Under the pieces are notes generated by a model. That model searched no databases. It saw nothing but the letters and a program-made list of their open reading frames with translations, and was not told the origin of the DNA. Source: Yuukianura sp. NJ FZ-2021 (lineage: Eukaryota). Taken from it: DNA of 64,000 nucleotides. Shown here in pieces: positions 1 through 15,400 of the stretch (positions are counted from its first letter, which is position 1; every line of letters begins with the position of its first letter). The translations under genes and the position numbers were made by a program. The stretch is taken from positions 5,456,001 to 5,520,000 of the forward strand of contig CM102288.1 of the NCBI GenBank assembly GCA_046563655.1, in the 5' to 3' direction.

Positions 1-472
1 AAAGCAAAGCCACACAACTAAAATGATTCCCTCTGAAGTTTTCAAAAAAAAGGAGCGAATTTAGCTCATAAACTCGAATTTCAAGTACTAATTCTTGTGG
101 AAATGCAATTTTTTTCCCAAACTTCATGTAATGTAGAGTGGAAATTCTATTTGTCAACAAATTGCAAGTGATTTTTGAAAAATTAATAGGAATTCCCAAA
201 AACCGGATGGGTTTTTCAAAAACTATTACTTGGAATCTTCAAAGAATTAGTTAGAGTCAGATTCATTAGAAGTTTCAAGAAGTTGTCTCTCCAACTTTGA
301 AACTTTGTGGAACTTCACGAGTCTTTCTTGTCAATTTCTAGAACTGGATTCAAACTTTCTTCAAGTTGTTTAACCCTACGTGTTTAGCTCATGCTTAGGT
401 TATTAAATTTTAAAATTCAGGTTATGCCATCTAGTAACTTCATTTTTATCCAAATGAAAATCAATTTCTTAC

Positions 473-3400
473 TTTCTGCTCTTTGAGAATAGAAGTGTTG
501 TGAGCCCTGACCCACTGCCGAACACGAGAATGTCTTTTGGGGACTTTCGGTGCTGGATTCGGCGTTACGGTTGAAGTCGAAGCACAAAGACAAAATCCTC
601 CTACAGCCCCTACTTCCTCCGGATTCAGTTGACACGGACACTTCTTGTTCTGCCCCTCAGCGTTCTCCTTATCATTTGACTTTGGATACTTCTGCAGCAG
701 TGGTGAACTGTGATCTTTGAACTGTGAAAACAAACTTCTGTCAAGTTCCGACAAACCCCAGGAGTCCAGATCCAGGCGAAACGTCCCTCCTGTTGCTGCT
801 CTTTGTCGCTTCCGGCCTACTTTGACCAAGTACTCGGCCTTCTCCACCAATTCCTCAATTTCATTGAGATTCTTGAGCGCCTCTTCCTCTTGATCCATCT
901 CTTCAAGTTCTTTGCTAAAGTCAAACACCAAATCGGAACTGAGACTTGATCCAAATTCAAACTCTCCGATGGGATTCATGTTGAGGTCTTGTTGGCATCC
1001 ATCCACATTCCTCTGGCACTCTGACTTCCTGGCAAACAAGAATCCATCCTCACGTGGGGCACAAACTGACGAAGTCTTCAGTGTCCCACTTTCCCAACTT
1101 CTCACATTCCCGTTTTTGCAACAACTAAGCTCCTCTCCAGCATTGTGTTGATTCCTCTGCTCATGCAACTGACTCCCTTCGGCCTCCGTGTCACTATGCT
1201 TGAAATAGTAAGTGGAGATGTTCATCTGCATGGAAGGAACCACTTGTGGAGAGGACAGTAATTCGGTAATGCCTGGAGACACTTTCCGTTTCACTCCCAC
1301 ACTGTCACCACTGCTACTCACTCCATCAAACGACAGCTCTATGACGGAACAGTTTGTTACTCCAGATCCCTGTAAAACCACAATACATGATTTATTATGT
1401 GGATCAAATGATAGGGAATCACAATCTCACAAATCACAAAGCTAAGCTTCCGCCCATTCCTCGCACTCCGTATTCTGTAAATAGCTAACAGTTGAATCGC
1501 AATCATAAAAATAATTCATATTGTGCAACAATTTGTGCAATTTTTATCACAAAAGATAAAAATTGCTCCGCACCAACACGATATTTCACAGTCTCTTAAA
1601 ATTTCCATTTCAAGCCATCATAAACAAAAATCTTACAAAAAAAATTACACGCTAACCATAGAAAATGAACTTTCGAAATTTTGAAAATCTCACCGACTCA
1701 TAGACACTTCCAACTTCGTGGCTCTGGCCCATAACCTGCTCGTCGTTCGCATAAACCAACTGGCGGCTTCCAGACTTCGGCGTTTTGCACTCCGAAAGTG
1801 ACGAATTCTGCAACTTATTCGCACCGTTAGTTGCTGCGATTTCGGATTCTTCTGCGAAATCAGATTCAACAAGCGACGAAAAACTTCCGAGTCTCGCGTA
1901 CTTGCTCAGCGGTTCGTTCGTGTCGTCGTCACTGAGCACTCCGTTCGAATCCACCAGCCCTGCTCTCCCCTACAACACAACAAAACACAGACTATTAAAC
2001 TTCAAAACACAAAAAACAAATGAAAAGTACAAGAAAACTCTCGTTTGAAAAACTTTTTCAAACTTTAAAATTCGGAACCCATAGACTTAATTGCCCCTAC
2101 AGTTGTTAATTCTTAGCATATTTTTGCACCAACTCAACTCAGAGATCCTTGTCCTCTGTGCAGAATAATTTGAGGTTGCAGATTCTCACACTCAAGTCAG
2201 TTCCCTTTCACACGCATGCGTCACAGACTGTTGTGCGCCTACATTACGGTTCCCGTAATTAACGCGTCTCACCACTTCCAATTTGATCTCAATCAAATAG
2301 AAATATGAAACTCTTAAATTCAGTTCAGTATTAAGTCGGCTTCCATCGTTCCAACAACATTCAACACCCAAATTCTGCACTGACTTCTAATTACACATTT
2401 TGCTCCTTCTTCTGTCAATCCATCAACTTCTAAGAAATACCTTAACTTAGGTTAGTTTTTAGCTTACCTAGCCTTAAATTCAAGCAAATTACAAGCTTCC
2501 CAGACACTACCCACTTCCTCTTTTCCTAATTCCCTTCAGCTCAAACTGAAACTGACTTGTCTTCTTCGGTGCAGTTTGATGAGTAATTAAAGTTTAATGT
2601 ACTTGGAAGGGGCGTGGCCAGAGGAAGCATCGGATGTAGGACATTATCATCACAAAACACAACTTCACCAGCACAGGAGCACCCTTTCTTCTAATTTCAA
2701 CAATGACAAAACTGTAAAAACCTCCTAATGACTTCAACTTTAACAACAAAAACAAAACATCAGCAACTTTTATACTCCTGTCTACGTGCCAGTAGCTATG
2801 ATTCTACTATTTCTACTTCAAAAACCTGAAAAACAACTACTTTTCCTAAAAAGCCCGCATTTTGAGCTCCTCATAAAACGCCCGCATTTTAGCTAACTTC
2901 GTGCATTTTCTGTCATCCAAGTTTGATTCGCTCACAAAAAAAGATAAAATTGATTTTCAAAAACCAGTTGCAAAATGCAACTGACCATCGCCAATTTTTA
3001 TACAGTCGCACAGCTATAGTTGTAGGTTAGCAACATAGGATTTAAGTTAGGTCAAACTAACAAACTGAGCTAATTGTTAGCTGTAAAAATGCTATCTGCG
3101 ATGCACTGACATTGAAAACAAATCTGGCCACAACTCCCTGCAAACCCTTCAAAAATCAATTCCGGCGTATTTAGGGGTCCACGAGTAAAACTAATCATTA
3201 AAAACAATTGAAAGTCTGAAATTAACTCCAGCTCCTCCGGAAGTTAGTGGTTCAGCTCGTGACCCGCCCCTCCGCCGTTGTCTGTCTCCAGAGGAAAGTC
3301 ACTTTTGGATGAACTAAGGATAATACCCTATGCGTGTCCACAAAGTTAGTTAAAATGACAACTGGACACGACGGGATGACTGTGACATTAAGGAAAACCA

Positions 3401-6400
3401 TAAAAATCCTAATTTTTCATATCCCGACGGGGGAACGTTCAAACCGTTTCATTTGGAGGACGCATTGGCAAAAGTAAAAAGCTCCTCTATAAACTTCAAG
3501 GAAGCATTACCAGCTTTGGCTGTTTTCAATTCGTCACGAGGGTTGACTTTAACTCAAGGAACGACGGTTGGATTCACATAAGAAACATCCTCAATTGAGC
3601 TACATCATGCAAAAATTTCTGCAAAAACCACTGCTCGACTGCTCTCCTTGATGTTGCAAAGTTGTTGCAGAATAACAACTTTGGCACGCCCTCAAACTTC
3701 TTGTTTTTTGAAGTAAAAACACAAGATGCGAGAAAAAACGCACGGTGCTATTTTTAGACTTTATAGCTTCAAAATTGACGCTGTCACTAAAATCCTCACA
3801 CAATACTAATAAAAAGACTATAAAAACATTAGTCCACTTCCTATAAAATATTATACCCTATTTCACGGCGTATTTCACGCACTTGCATATAACACGCACT
3901 AAAATAGAAGAAATTTGACCACGTTAAGTTGTGGAATTAGGAGGATTTCTACAATGCTTCTGAAAGTTGAGGTATTTTAAAGTTCTGAAGAGTTTTTTGT
4001 TTTTAAGTTTTGCTTTGCCTCTCAAAAACAACAGATAAAGCGCGCGTTATACGCCATGAAATATCGTAGTGACTGAAACTTAGGTGTAAAAAAGTTAACT
4101 TAACCAGATAAAGTTAGGATAGGTGCTAAACGCCAATCACATCATACATTAAATTCCACCTATCATCATTCATCATTCAAAACATAAAAAGTTATCACCA
4201 ACTCACACAAACAAGGAAATCGACTATCAAATTTTCAAATTAGATTTGTTTTGTCATCCAATATCCGATGTAACAAACAACCAAAATGACGCAGAAACTT
4301 CGCGAACTGCGGTCATGTCGTTTCATTTTCGCCGGAAATTGAAAAATCGAAAGTCGAAACCTGATACCCCAACTGTGCCACTCAAAATCAAAAAAAAAGT
4401 GCCAATTTCATGTACTTTTTTAAATTTTTTTCTGACTTACGTTAGTTTTCGAAGCTTCCTTTTGCTGAACTCGGGAAAGATGTTCCACCCACTCCAGAAT
4501 CCGAAGTCTCAGTTGAATCCAGCGCCTCTCTACAACGTCAATTCGCTTCTTCGAAATCCGACCTTGGGATCGACTATTCCTCAGAGCAGAGTGAACAACA
4601 GCCGCCTTGGATTCAATTTCCGATTGAAGATCCTAAAAACAAAAGAAATCCATTAGGTTTTTAATGTTACGCACTCAAGTCTTAATTTCTTCCACTTAAA
4701 CTTCAAAACTGAAAAGTAAAATTTTACTTTAGCAGTAAAAGTATAAAACTAAAAGTAAAATTTTTGACCACAGCAGGAACTCCATCATAAAATTATCGTT
4801 ACTCCTAATTACCTTGGCCTCAGATACAACATTAATTTAGAAATTACATGTCGAAGGCTCCACAGCCTACTTCTACTCTACAATCAAAATCAACCAATCT
4901 ATTGTTCTTACGTTTTTGTTACAAAATCACTCAACTTCTGAACAGGAACAGAGGAATTTGTTATACTTTTTGCCAACTTTTCAAATGTTTTGCTTTTATG
5001 TAACCGCAAACTAACAACTTTACGCGGAATCAGATTATCCAAACAACTCAGAACCATAATTTTCTAAAACAAAATAAAACAGGAAGCCAACAAATCATTC
5101 ACCACAAACTTTGTTTTATGTTTTACCAACAAACAAACGGTAGTTTTTCAAATTCCGGAAAAGAGAGTTTTCCATTTCCTTCTCTCAAATTTTTTTTTCG
5201 TACTTTTTTTTAAGCGCATTTCAAGAATTTTAGCTCTAGGTTTGCTTCGTTCCAAATTTAAAATAAATTTAAATTTAAATTTAAATTTATATAAATATTG
5301 AAATAAATTTAAATTTCGACCCAATTATTTTCGATCCATTTCACTTCTACTGAATTTTAGTAATATCCTCTCCTGTAATTAAAAAAAGGTTCAACAAGAA
5401 TTAGTTCCACTCTCAACAGGGAAATTGGTTGAAAATTATTACGACGACGGAATCTAACTGGACCAAAACTTAATTAACTTCGACCCATTTTCGAACCAAT
5501 TTCAAAGTTGACCCAAATGGTTTTGAGCCTTTTCATTTGAACCAATCTCCTCAACCTCCCGTTACTTTGAAGTTACGAACCTAGCCTAACAATAGATCAA
5601 TTCATTAGGAAAAATGCTCCAAGCCAATACGTTTTTATAGAAGACAAGGATTTTCCCGTTACACTCAAATTAAGAACGAGCAGGAAGAAACCGTGACACG
5701 TCTTTCTTCCGTCTGTTTCTACTTTTTACACAAAAGCGATTTGTTCTCAGACAAAACTGTACTCCTATACTCTGCTAAGTTTCTGGGCCAAGTTTCCGCA
5801 CTAACTTTTGTTCATTTTCTGCAATTTGTAATTGTCCATTAACTATCCTCCTACGGGACACTTCATTAACTACATCAATCATCTCCATCACCAGCTTTTA
5901 GCAAACACCGAAAACCAGCAACGACTAAAAAGATGTTAGATTAGGTACGTAATAATCAGGGATGCCAAAAATATTTAGTCCCAGGCTAAACTAAAAAATT
6001 AAATTTTTAACACAACCAAAATATTTTTCTACTAGATACAAATTTCTTATAAAAACGTAAAATTTCAAACCAGAAGCCATGAACTGTCATTTCCTTTCTA
6101 ACAACTCCACTGTCTCCCAAGAAAATTAATCTGTCATGGTTTCATATAAAAGTGATTACATTTTCAACAGTTCTCACCATAAAGAACAAGAAGCTTTTCG
6201 ATTTACTACGCTTTCAGACTGTAGCAGACACAAAAACATAACTTACAAGACTTTTTCGCAAGAATTTCTTGTTGCAAAGAACCAAACAATAGACCATGAA
6301 CCAAAGCAAAAATTGCAAATTGTTCATGCAGAGAATCCCAACTTCTCGAAAAACACCGTGACTCTCTACTTTTCTCCCCTCTGCCAATTTAAAAGCCTTT

Positions 6401-9400
6401 AAAAATTTAGCAACTTTAAAGCTCCTGCGTTGCCAAAATTTCACTTTTCAGGGTGAAACTGCTCAAAATTCAGCACGTAGAAAGCTTCTTTTAAAAACTT
6501 CAAAAAAAGAGTTCAATTGAAAAAGAAGTCCTCAATTTCAACTTCCATTGTCTCGCAAAAGAGTACAGAAAAATGCCTCCCTCAAATTGTCAAATTGTCA
6601 GAATTTCAAATTTTCACAAAATTAATTGAACGAACCCATTTGCATTTTTTTCTCATTTCAATTCAGATCACTTTTTACAAAAGCTTTTTAACAAAACTTT
6701 TTTCCAAGTCATCCAACGGGTCTTTTCCGAACTGCCTCACTCATCACACTCTTGTAATTTTTTTCCTCCCGTCAAATCTGTAATTCGATCTCTAATTCAC
6801 GTTCATGTTTTCTCTTATCCTCACATCTCGATTCTAAACAATAATTCTGACTTGTGAAATTCTCAACCTTCCCAAACATTTTTTTTTTCATTTTTTTGTA
6901 CATCGAAACACATTTTAATGCGTAAGCTGTCAGAAGTTAATCCTCGGAAACAGGAACCAGTAAAATAAAACGGCATGGGAAATTATCCTGTCTTCACAGC
7001 CACTGCACTCATGTAACAAAAGACCACAAACATTTCCACACTCAAATTCATACTTTTGTGTACAGTACAAAGCCTGATATCTTTTCTTAGAACACGTACA
7101 CCATACTTACTGTTACTGTTAACAATGAGTTAATTATAAAATTAGTTAATTGTTGCAGTAATTAAGGACAACAAAAGTATTTTCCTAGCTCAAATGAGTT
7201 CAAGCCTTTGCAACACGCTTAAACCCAATACAAACCGTAGCACAGGTCGATAATGGAGAACAAAAACAGCGAATTCATTAAAAGCTAATCCAAAAGTGGA
7301 CAACGCAAAAAAAAAATCAAAATATTCAAAAACATATCGAAACGTAGAAAGAAAACTTCGCGAAGAAAAAGATCCAAATGAAGTAAAACAGCGAATTTCA
7401 CAACAGGTTATTTCAAAACTAGCGAATGTCGGAACGTCAAAAAGCACGAAATCTTTAAATCTTGAAGTATCCATTTACAAAAAGCGCGAAATTTAAGTTA
7501 AACGTTTACGTTTGATTTTTTGGTTCAGTCGGGATAATCATTTCTGAAATTATAGACAACTTTTACCTTAACTTTCTTTCGGAAAAATTGTTGTCACTCG
7601 TTGTGACTGTTTAAATCCGCATTTTTTTTAACATTGTTCCTTATGCTTGTTTCGCTTTTTGCTACGCCATTTTTGTTCCGAGATGGAAACAGTCAAACAG
7701 ACAGCTAGAGCTACTCAACGTCACGTTGCACGCGAAATGTCTAAAGTTCGCGGATGCTGACGTGCAAAAAGGAAGCGGACTTGGCATGGTTTTCGCACTT
7801 TGCTTGAAGGGGGAGGGAACAAAAACGGAGAATGATGAATGGAAACTTTGTGCAAATTCTTAGCACGACCACTGCCAAATTCAATTGAAATCAGACAATG
7901 AAAAATAATTAAGAACTCATTCTCTGCCCCTCAGACTTAAACTTATCGTTAGTCGAAGATTTTAATGCACGTTTTAAACAAAACAATCAACAATTGCAAA
8001 ATTTCCAATTCAACTTACACTTTGAAGGCCACCATAAAGAAAACCAGCAAACACCAAAGGATTTGTCCGGTTTCAATTTTAAATTCTAAAAACAAGAATC
8101 TTGGCTGGCCTTTGGCCAGCCAAAGATTCTAGACTGTTGCGTACGTACCAGTTTGACGAACTAATTGCAAAAAAAACGATATCCCAACCGTTAAATACAC
8201 AATAACGCCGACCGAAAACAAAGATTGTGTACAATAGTGCGTATTTAGTTTACTTCAACCCTTGTGTTGTCTACAAAGAGTATTGTCAATCGTGGGTGTG
8301 TATAGAGGAGGGCTGATTCAAATGGGGAATAATAGAGTGGAGTGTGTAGCGGAGAAGAATGCTATAAGATATAGCTGGCCTTTTGTCGTGTGTTTCAGTG
8401 AGAGTTAACTGTTTATGTTTTCCCCTATTCACACACAGTGAATGAAAGAGGATTGAGTTAACCCTCAATTCACTCACACGCGGCCGTGCAAACAGCAGAC
8501 GGCTAACTTCGATTTCCCCTTATGCTTAGGATTAAAGTATCCAACCAATTCTTACAAATCCAAATTTGAAATTTCAAAACTTATGATGAATTTGAATCGC
8601 ATGTAATCTATCTCAAAACAACATTTTGGATTTCGAGCTCATTCTCACATTAAAAACACACCTCAAATCCTTCAACTTCTTCACTGACCCGAGGATGAGG
8701 TCAAAGAAACAAGATTTGGATTGTGCAACTCCTCGTCTGTCTGAGCGCAAAATTTCAAATTTCAAACCTTCCAAGACGCAAAAAAGCTCCGTTTCTCCCT
8801 TGATGCAGGTTCTTTGCCCACTTCTGAAGCTGACGGCTACTTCTAGGTACTTTACAATTGTAATAAAATGCAAATAACAATAATTGATCTCCTGCCTTCA
8901 TCATCTCTAAATCAAATTCAACACCACTTCCCTCCTCTTTTTTTTCAAACATCAACAATATATGTACTTAACATCGAACAATCGTAAAAACCAGCTGCAA
9001 GCTTCTTCAAAATTTCAAAATTTTCAAAAAAATCAAAACTCTTTTAGAAAATGTTATCCAACTTCCCATTCGGATTAAACACACAAAAGACGAAACCCAA
9101 GAAGCTAAACCACATTGAAAGGTTAAAGTTAATCTGAACAAAACTAAACAAAATTTTTTCCACTGTGTTATAATTTCAATAAAAAAAAAATGTTCATCTG
9201 TATTTTTTTTTCAAAACGTAAAAAATCGGTTCTTCGAACTCTGTGGTTAAGATCATGAGAAAACCCATCCCATCTCCAATGAATTTAAGTATTATTTTCT
9301 CATGGACTGAATGCGAGGGATGAGTATTCACTTTATCATTGGAAATCAGTGGACCAGAAGAGCCTCCATACTCCCGCTTTCGCAATTCAAATTAGCACGT

Positions 9401-12400
9401 ATACAAAAGTACATCTACTTCGACACTGAAAACTGAAATTAAGCTGAGACTGCATCTCTTCACCTGCTCCTGGCTTCAAAACTGCCAGAGGAAAGATGAC
9501 TGTCACGATCTCAAATATCAAATGTCCAATATCTTACAATCTCAATGTCTGATTGTTCCATTTCAGAATGGACTTGACAGCTCATCCACTGTAATTTCAA
9601 TTACGACACTCATTCCTAAATGTACAGCCTCAGAGCACCAATAACCTCACCTTAAGAATTGAGCCTCATTTAACGTATCTCTGCTTCTGGGGCTGCTTTG
9701 AATCCGTGAAAGTCATTCACATTTTACAAATTGCCAAAATTAAAACTAAATTAGGCAACTCCCTTACTAATAAATAATCGTTAACACAACTACATTTCTG
9801 CTACTTATTTTTCACTTTACTTTTTACACTATTTTTTCCTAACATATTTTTTTAGTACAGTCCATTGTCCCTTGGGCCATTGCTCACATTTCCATCGTCC
9901 ACTTTGAAGGCTCTTTGAGTCTCTCCGTGGAAGCCGCAGCCTTGAGCAAAATGTAGCAAAAACCAAATTGCGAATTCCAATTGGCACTCTCTACCCATCA
10001 CACATCAAACAAAAGCACCAGAAATTATTCTTCCCAAATTGCATCACATGGGAGGAATAAGAAACGACGTCAATTGAATAGCAATTCTACCATGCAAAAA
10101 TAACACCATAACCTAACATTTTACTTTACAAAAAATAGCCTAACTTTTTACAAGCTCTGATGGAATGCCAATCATAAGGATACACTCCCTCAATCAAAAT
10201 CTCACCTCACCACCGTAACACCTCTTTTTTCTTGTACCTTGCAGTTGAAATTAATAAAAATTAAAAATGAATTGAAAACACTATACTGTTTCATTATTAT
10301 CTTCAAAAAGTTAATAACAAGGTCCGATTCTAACAATCTCAGAAGGCCATTCAAACACTCTACCACTTTACCTAAAGCTAAGAACACAGCGTAACGTTCA
10401 GGCAGTTCACTATACCTCAACACCCAATTTTCAAGATCAACAGACAGGGTTTAATTCCTTCTAGTTTCAGTTTTCATCACCCTCCTCAAAAGTGCGGAAA
10501 AAAACTACACAACACATTTCAAAAAAAAAGTTTCAAAATTTTTTTCAACCTAACCATTAACCTAACATAATCAAACTTTCAACACAAGGCAAAGTGGAAG
10601 TGAATGCATTACCCTTTCCCATATTCTACCTTGCAAACTGCCTACAGTATGTATTCAAAAAAGTACTAGGTATTACATAGGTAAAAAAACATATAGCTAT
10701 TGAAACAGGTATTGATGTACGTCTTTTTAGTGTAACCGCAATTAACGTAATTTAAGTAAATATTGCACTTATTTAAATTTTTTGCTATCTTTTAGTAAAT
10801 ATTTTTGGCAGCCCTGGAAATTATGTACCATTGTCACGGATGGTACCACCCGGAATTCTTGTCCAGCATGAAACGCGTAGCTGGATGACATTGAACATGT
10901 TCAAAGTGCCCTACCCAAGTGCCCCCACTAAGCGAAGATGTGACCCTTACAACTAATTGTTGTAAGCACTTTTCCAGCAGATAATGGAATTCCACTGGAT
11001 GTTTTAACATTCTCAGCAGAGATAGAACACTTTAGACGTCAGTGGGGAGGAGATCTTTAGATGATCAATGATTTATCCTCATTCCCAAATCCCTGGGAAT
11101 GGAAAAGAGGGTTAGTCGACCCCATAGGACGAACGGCACTTGAAACACATGCACTCTCATCTCATCTCCACTTTAGACTCGGGTGGAGGTCACAAGGTCA
11201 CGCCAGAAACTTAATACCGAAATCCACCACATCACTAACTCAAAAACACCGCATCAGCATCCCTCTCTAAAAAAACGAAGTTATGATATCTCCATTTTCA
11301 AACTTTTGAAAAACTCCAAACTTAGAACTTCTACCATAGTTTTAACATTCTTGGAACCTTCTAACCTTTTCACGAACTTTTTAAATTTTAAAACAACTTT
11401 TCCCGCCATTTTCCCGTAGTTTTGGTGCAGTCATACTCGTTGCTATTCCTCTTCGCCACCCTCGTGCATGAATAAGTAATGAAGATACACTTTTTTCACC
11501 TGGTCCAAATTCCAGTTTCACTAAAGCCCTGCTCGTACCCTAGACGATGCGTCGGCTCGCGTCCGCGCCTCTTTTGTGTTAAACTTCTCCCGAAACCTTC
11601 ACCTCCGTTATCGAGCGAACCCGTTTCCCTTCCACCCACACAGCAACTCTAATCTAAAAACTACTTTTTCTAAAAGGTGGCACGAGCCATTCCAGCACAA
11701 AGGAACCACTCTGGAGTGGCTCAAAGTCATTCAACTCCGACCAACACCGAGGGAGTCCCTAACCAAAAACTAACACCGCTTACTAACCTAACCAAAAACG
11801 CTTTTCATCTGTCATCCTCAAAAAACAAACTGAAAAAGAACTAAACTGAACAAACCCATGGCATCTGCTGTCTACCCTACTCAAGTCCATTGACCATCCT
11901 GCAACGCATGATTATAAACTTTAAAGTGCGAGTGTGACACAGGATGTGATATTTCCTCTCCCACTTCTCAATTGCTCGAATCCTACCACCATAACAAAGT
12001 GAGTCACTCATAAAATTACTAACATCAAAGTTATTTCCAGACCTCTACAGATAATTTCTGCGTTAAATCTCCATCGGGCGGTGTCTCCTCTCGAAGTTCA
12101 TGTGTTTACATGATCTTTAGCTTATCCTCGCAAGTCCACATGAATCCTTAACCGTAATCTAATCCCTAATCTCATTACAACATCAATTAGAATTACTAAG
12201 AGCATAAGTTCAGTTTACTTTAGCTTTTAGCACACCCTTCATCGTCTCAAGGACGGCCAATCCTTAAAGCCAAAATGAACGATTGAATTTAAACCCTGCA
12301 CACTTTGAACTTAAGAACACTTTACACTAATTACGCAAAATATCAAACTTAACTTAACCCGGCTTAGTATTAGTAACAAAAAATTTAACCTAATGCATCA

Positions 12401-15400
12401 ATACATATATGACACCGGTCAGTTCAAAACATCCTTGTTTAGAAAACAATAAAAACCTCACCACGTTCCTTTTAACACTAAAACTGTAGTTTATGCTGTA
12501 CCTCTCTGGTTATCCTTGACCCTCGCAACCTGTTTTCCACAATCCTTTTAGCATCCTTACCTTAAAATCCTTCCTTGCTTGAGACAAAGTCTCAACAAAA
12601 TATAAGTTAACTTTTGTTATCCCAAAAAGAAGACGAATCCTGGTCCACCTTTTCGACAATCCCAAAACAACTCTTATTTATGACAAACACAGTAGAAGAG
12701 TTAATTAGATTCACAAAACTTGTCTCCAACTTCAACTTCACTAAATCCTTCGTGCAGCACTTCCTTAAACTCTTTGTTCAAATATTCAAAACTAACCGCC
12801 TTTTACTCAAATATTCAAATCTAACCGCCTCCTTGTTCAAATATTAAAACTTAACCACTTTTTGTTCAAATTACACAGGAAACCACTCAACAACCACTTT
12901 GAGTCTCACTTTCACTTGACTGATGTTACCGAATTAGCACCTAAACTAAGCTGGTTAACTTAATCCAAAGTTAGCCGGTTTCACGGTTACTTTAACGTTG
13001 TTCCAACAGTATTAAAAGTGAGGAATGTTAATTATTAAGTAGAACCGCCAAGAGTCACAGTGTCCAAAAAGTGGTTTTATGACAGCATCTGCCCTGCGTC
13101 TATGTCTCATGAACACTCAAGTGAGACTGTGTGAGTCTTTTCTCAGAAGAGCAGAGGTTACAGTGGGGAGAACAAACAGAAGGGGCCGAATTCAACACAA
13201 AACTTCACCCTCAAAGCAGTGGTTGTTTTTGGGTATACCAACAATTGAATAGTTTATGTTTAGGTACGTGGTTCTGGTTAGGCTAAAACAAGAATTCTAT
13301 CAAACATTCGATGTTCGAGTAACGCTAGCGACTAAACAGTAAGCAAATCCAGCCAAACCCAGTGAAAAACAACAATGTAAGTCCAAAAATCAAACAGCAT
13401 GGTACTATGTACTAGCTCTTTTAGTTAAGTTACTTAACTTAAGTCGGACGTAAGTTAATCAATGACAACCGTATGTCCATGTAGAGACTTAACAGTTAAC
13501 AATCATCATCACACCCTAACCAAATTAGGACCAAACATCATCATCCAAACCACTTCCACTCAACTTAAAATTCATGTTCATCCAGAGATGCTGTTCAAAA
13601 AAAAAACATTCGAATGTTAACAGGTTTCAAAAATCAAAACTTCCGAGGTCAAAAAATCAAAACTTCAACCTAAAAAGTGAAACAACTCAACTGAAATTCC
13701 AAAAACGGTTTCAAAATTTTCGAAAAAGTATTTCAAAAGGTGTTTTTTTTTCCTAGCAGGACCCAACAGTATAGCGGTTACAGCCCACGTTAATTTCAAG
13801 AATAAACTTGTATTTAAAAATTGATCAGGCTAGTTGCAAAGTATCGCCCCTCCGTCCGAGTCAGTTCTAATTACAGGTTACGTCGATCGCTTCCCGCTGC
13901 CCCTGCTCCCAAAAAAAAAAGTATTTCGAGGTAGCCAACTGAAACGGTAACACACACGATCATCTACCATTTAACTTTAGTAATTTCATACAAACGAACG
14001 TTCCAAACGAAAAATACGTAAACAAAAACATTATCCTTCACGTAAAAAACTGAAATTTTTTTCCTCTTTTTTTGATTTTTTTTAAAAGTCCGTTTCAATT
14101 CAATTCTCTTCCTGATTCTACCGCTTTTCCTTAACAATGGAATAGAATCAAAAAAGTGTAAATTGAAATTTTACGAGACTCGCTACCACAAACAATTGAG
14201 CAGCTCATAAAAACCATTACGAACTTCATTTGCTGCGGCTTTAAGTCCTTTTCTGAAGTCCATTGAACCTCACAATTCCTACTGCCTGTATCCCCTGCTC
14301 TTGCGCACAGGCAATCTAAAATTGCAATTTCGCCTCAACACAAAAGTTGTGTTTCGTGCAGAAACGGAGGCAATTTGTTATAATCCTTTGGCCTTCATTG
14401 AATCGACAAGCCCCAGTATTACTATTGTGCTATTCAAAAACTTAAATTTCCCACTGAACACGTCTGATCCCTATCACAAACGCCCTTCCTGCTCCTCAAT
14501 TCATCAAAATCTAAGTCATAATTACCACTTTGCAGACTGCTTGGCTCCAATGGCTCGGGGTTTACAAGTCTCGAAAAACTCAACCTCACTCACTCATACT
14601 AACCGAACTCAACAAAAATCAGAACAACCGTCAAACAATAAAGAAAAACGAGTTTGATTGCTTCCTGAACACAAAATCTCATTTTGAAAACAGTTAATTC
14701 AAAATCAAAATGTGCTCGGAATTAGATTTTGATTTTGCATTCAGTTGAATTAAACTGTTGTGCTACATAGCTAGACTAACCTAACCAGCATCTTAACTAC
14801 CTAAACGCTCCGAAGTAGAAAAAAATCATTTTGAAATCTAAGATTTCTTTTCGATTTTCTGAATTCAGATTTCTCTGACACGCTAAACATGAATTTCTTT
14901 TTCTCTTTTTCCAGATTTTTTGAATTAAGAATATGGCTGAGTTTCTGAATTCATTTATTTGATTCTTTGAATTCAAAAAAATTCTGAATTTCTGAATTCA
15001 CTTCACCGACTTGAATTAAAATTTTGTCTCGCAGTTTCTGAACTCATTTTTTTGAATTTCTGAATTTTTCTTCCTGATTTTCTGAATTCCAATTTCCCTG
15101 AATTTCTGAATTCTAATTTCAGTTCTTTTTTTTCTGATTTTCGCTTTCAGTTTTTTCAACTAATAATCACTTTCTAAAATTAAACTCAAAACTCATCTGT
15201 ATTTTAAAAAACGTGAGTGGATGAATATTGCATGTGTGACATGTGTCCCATAATTCCAACCGGCAATTACACCAAATGCATAGGGTATCAAACCGGTTGT
15301 CCAGGAAACCCCATAAACCCGCACTATTAGGGTGACACTAGGGGTCGGAATCCGGATTTTGGCTCCGGATTCAAATCCGGATTTTTGACGGATTCGGATT

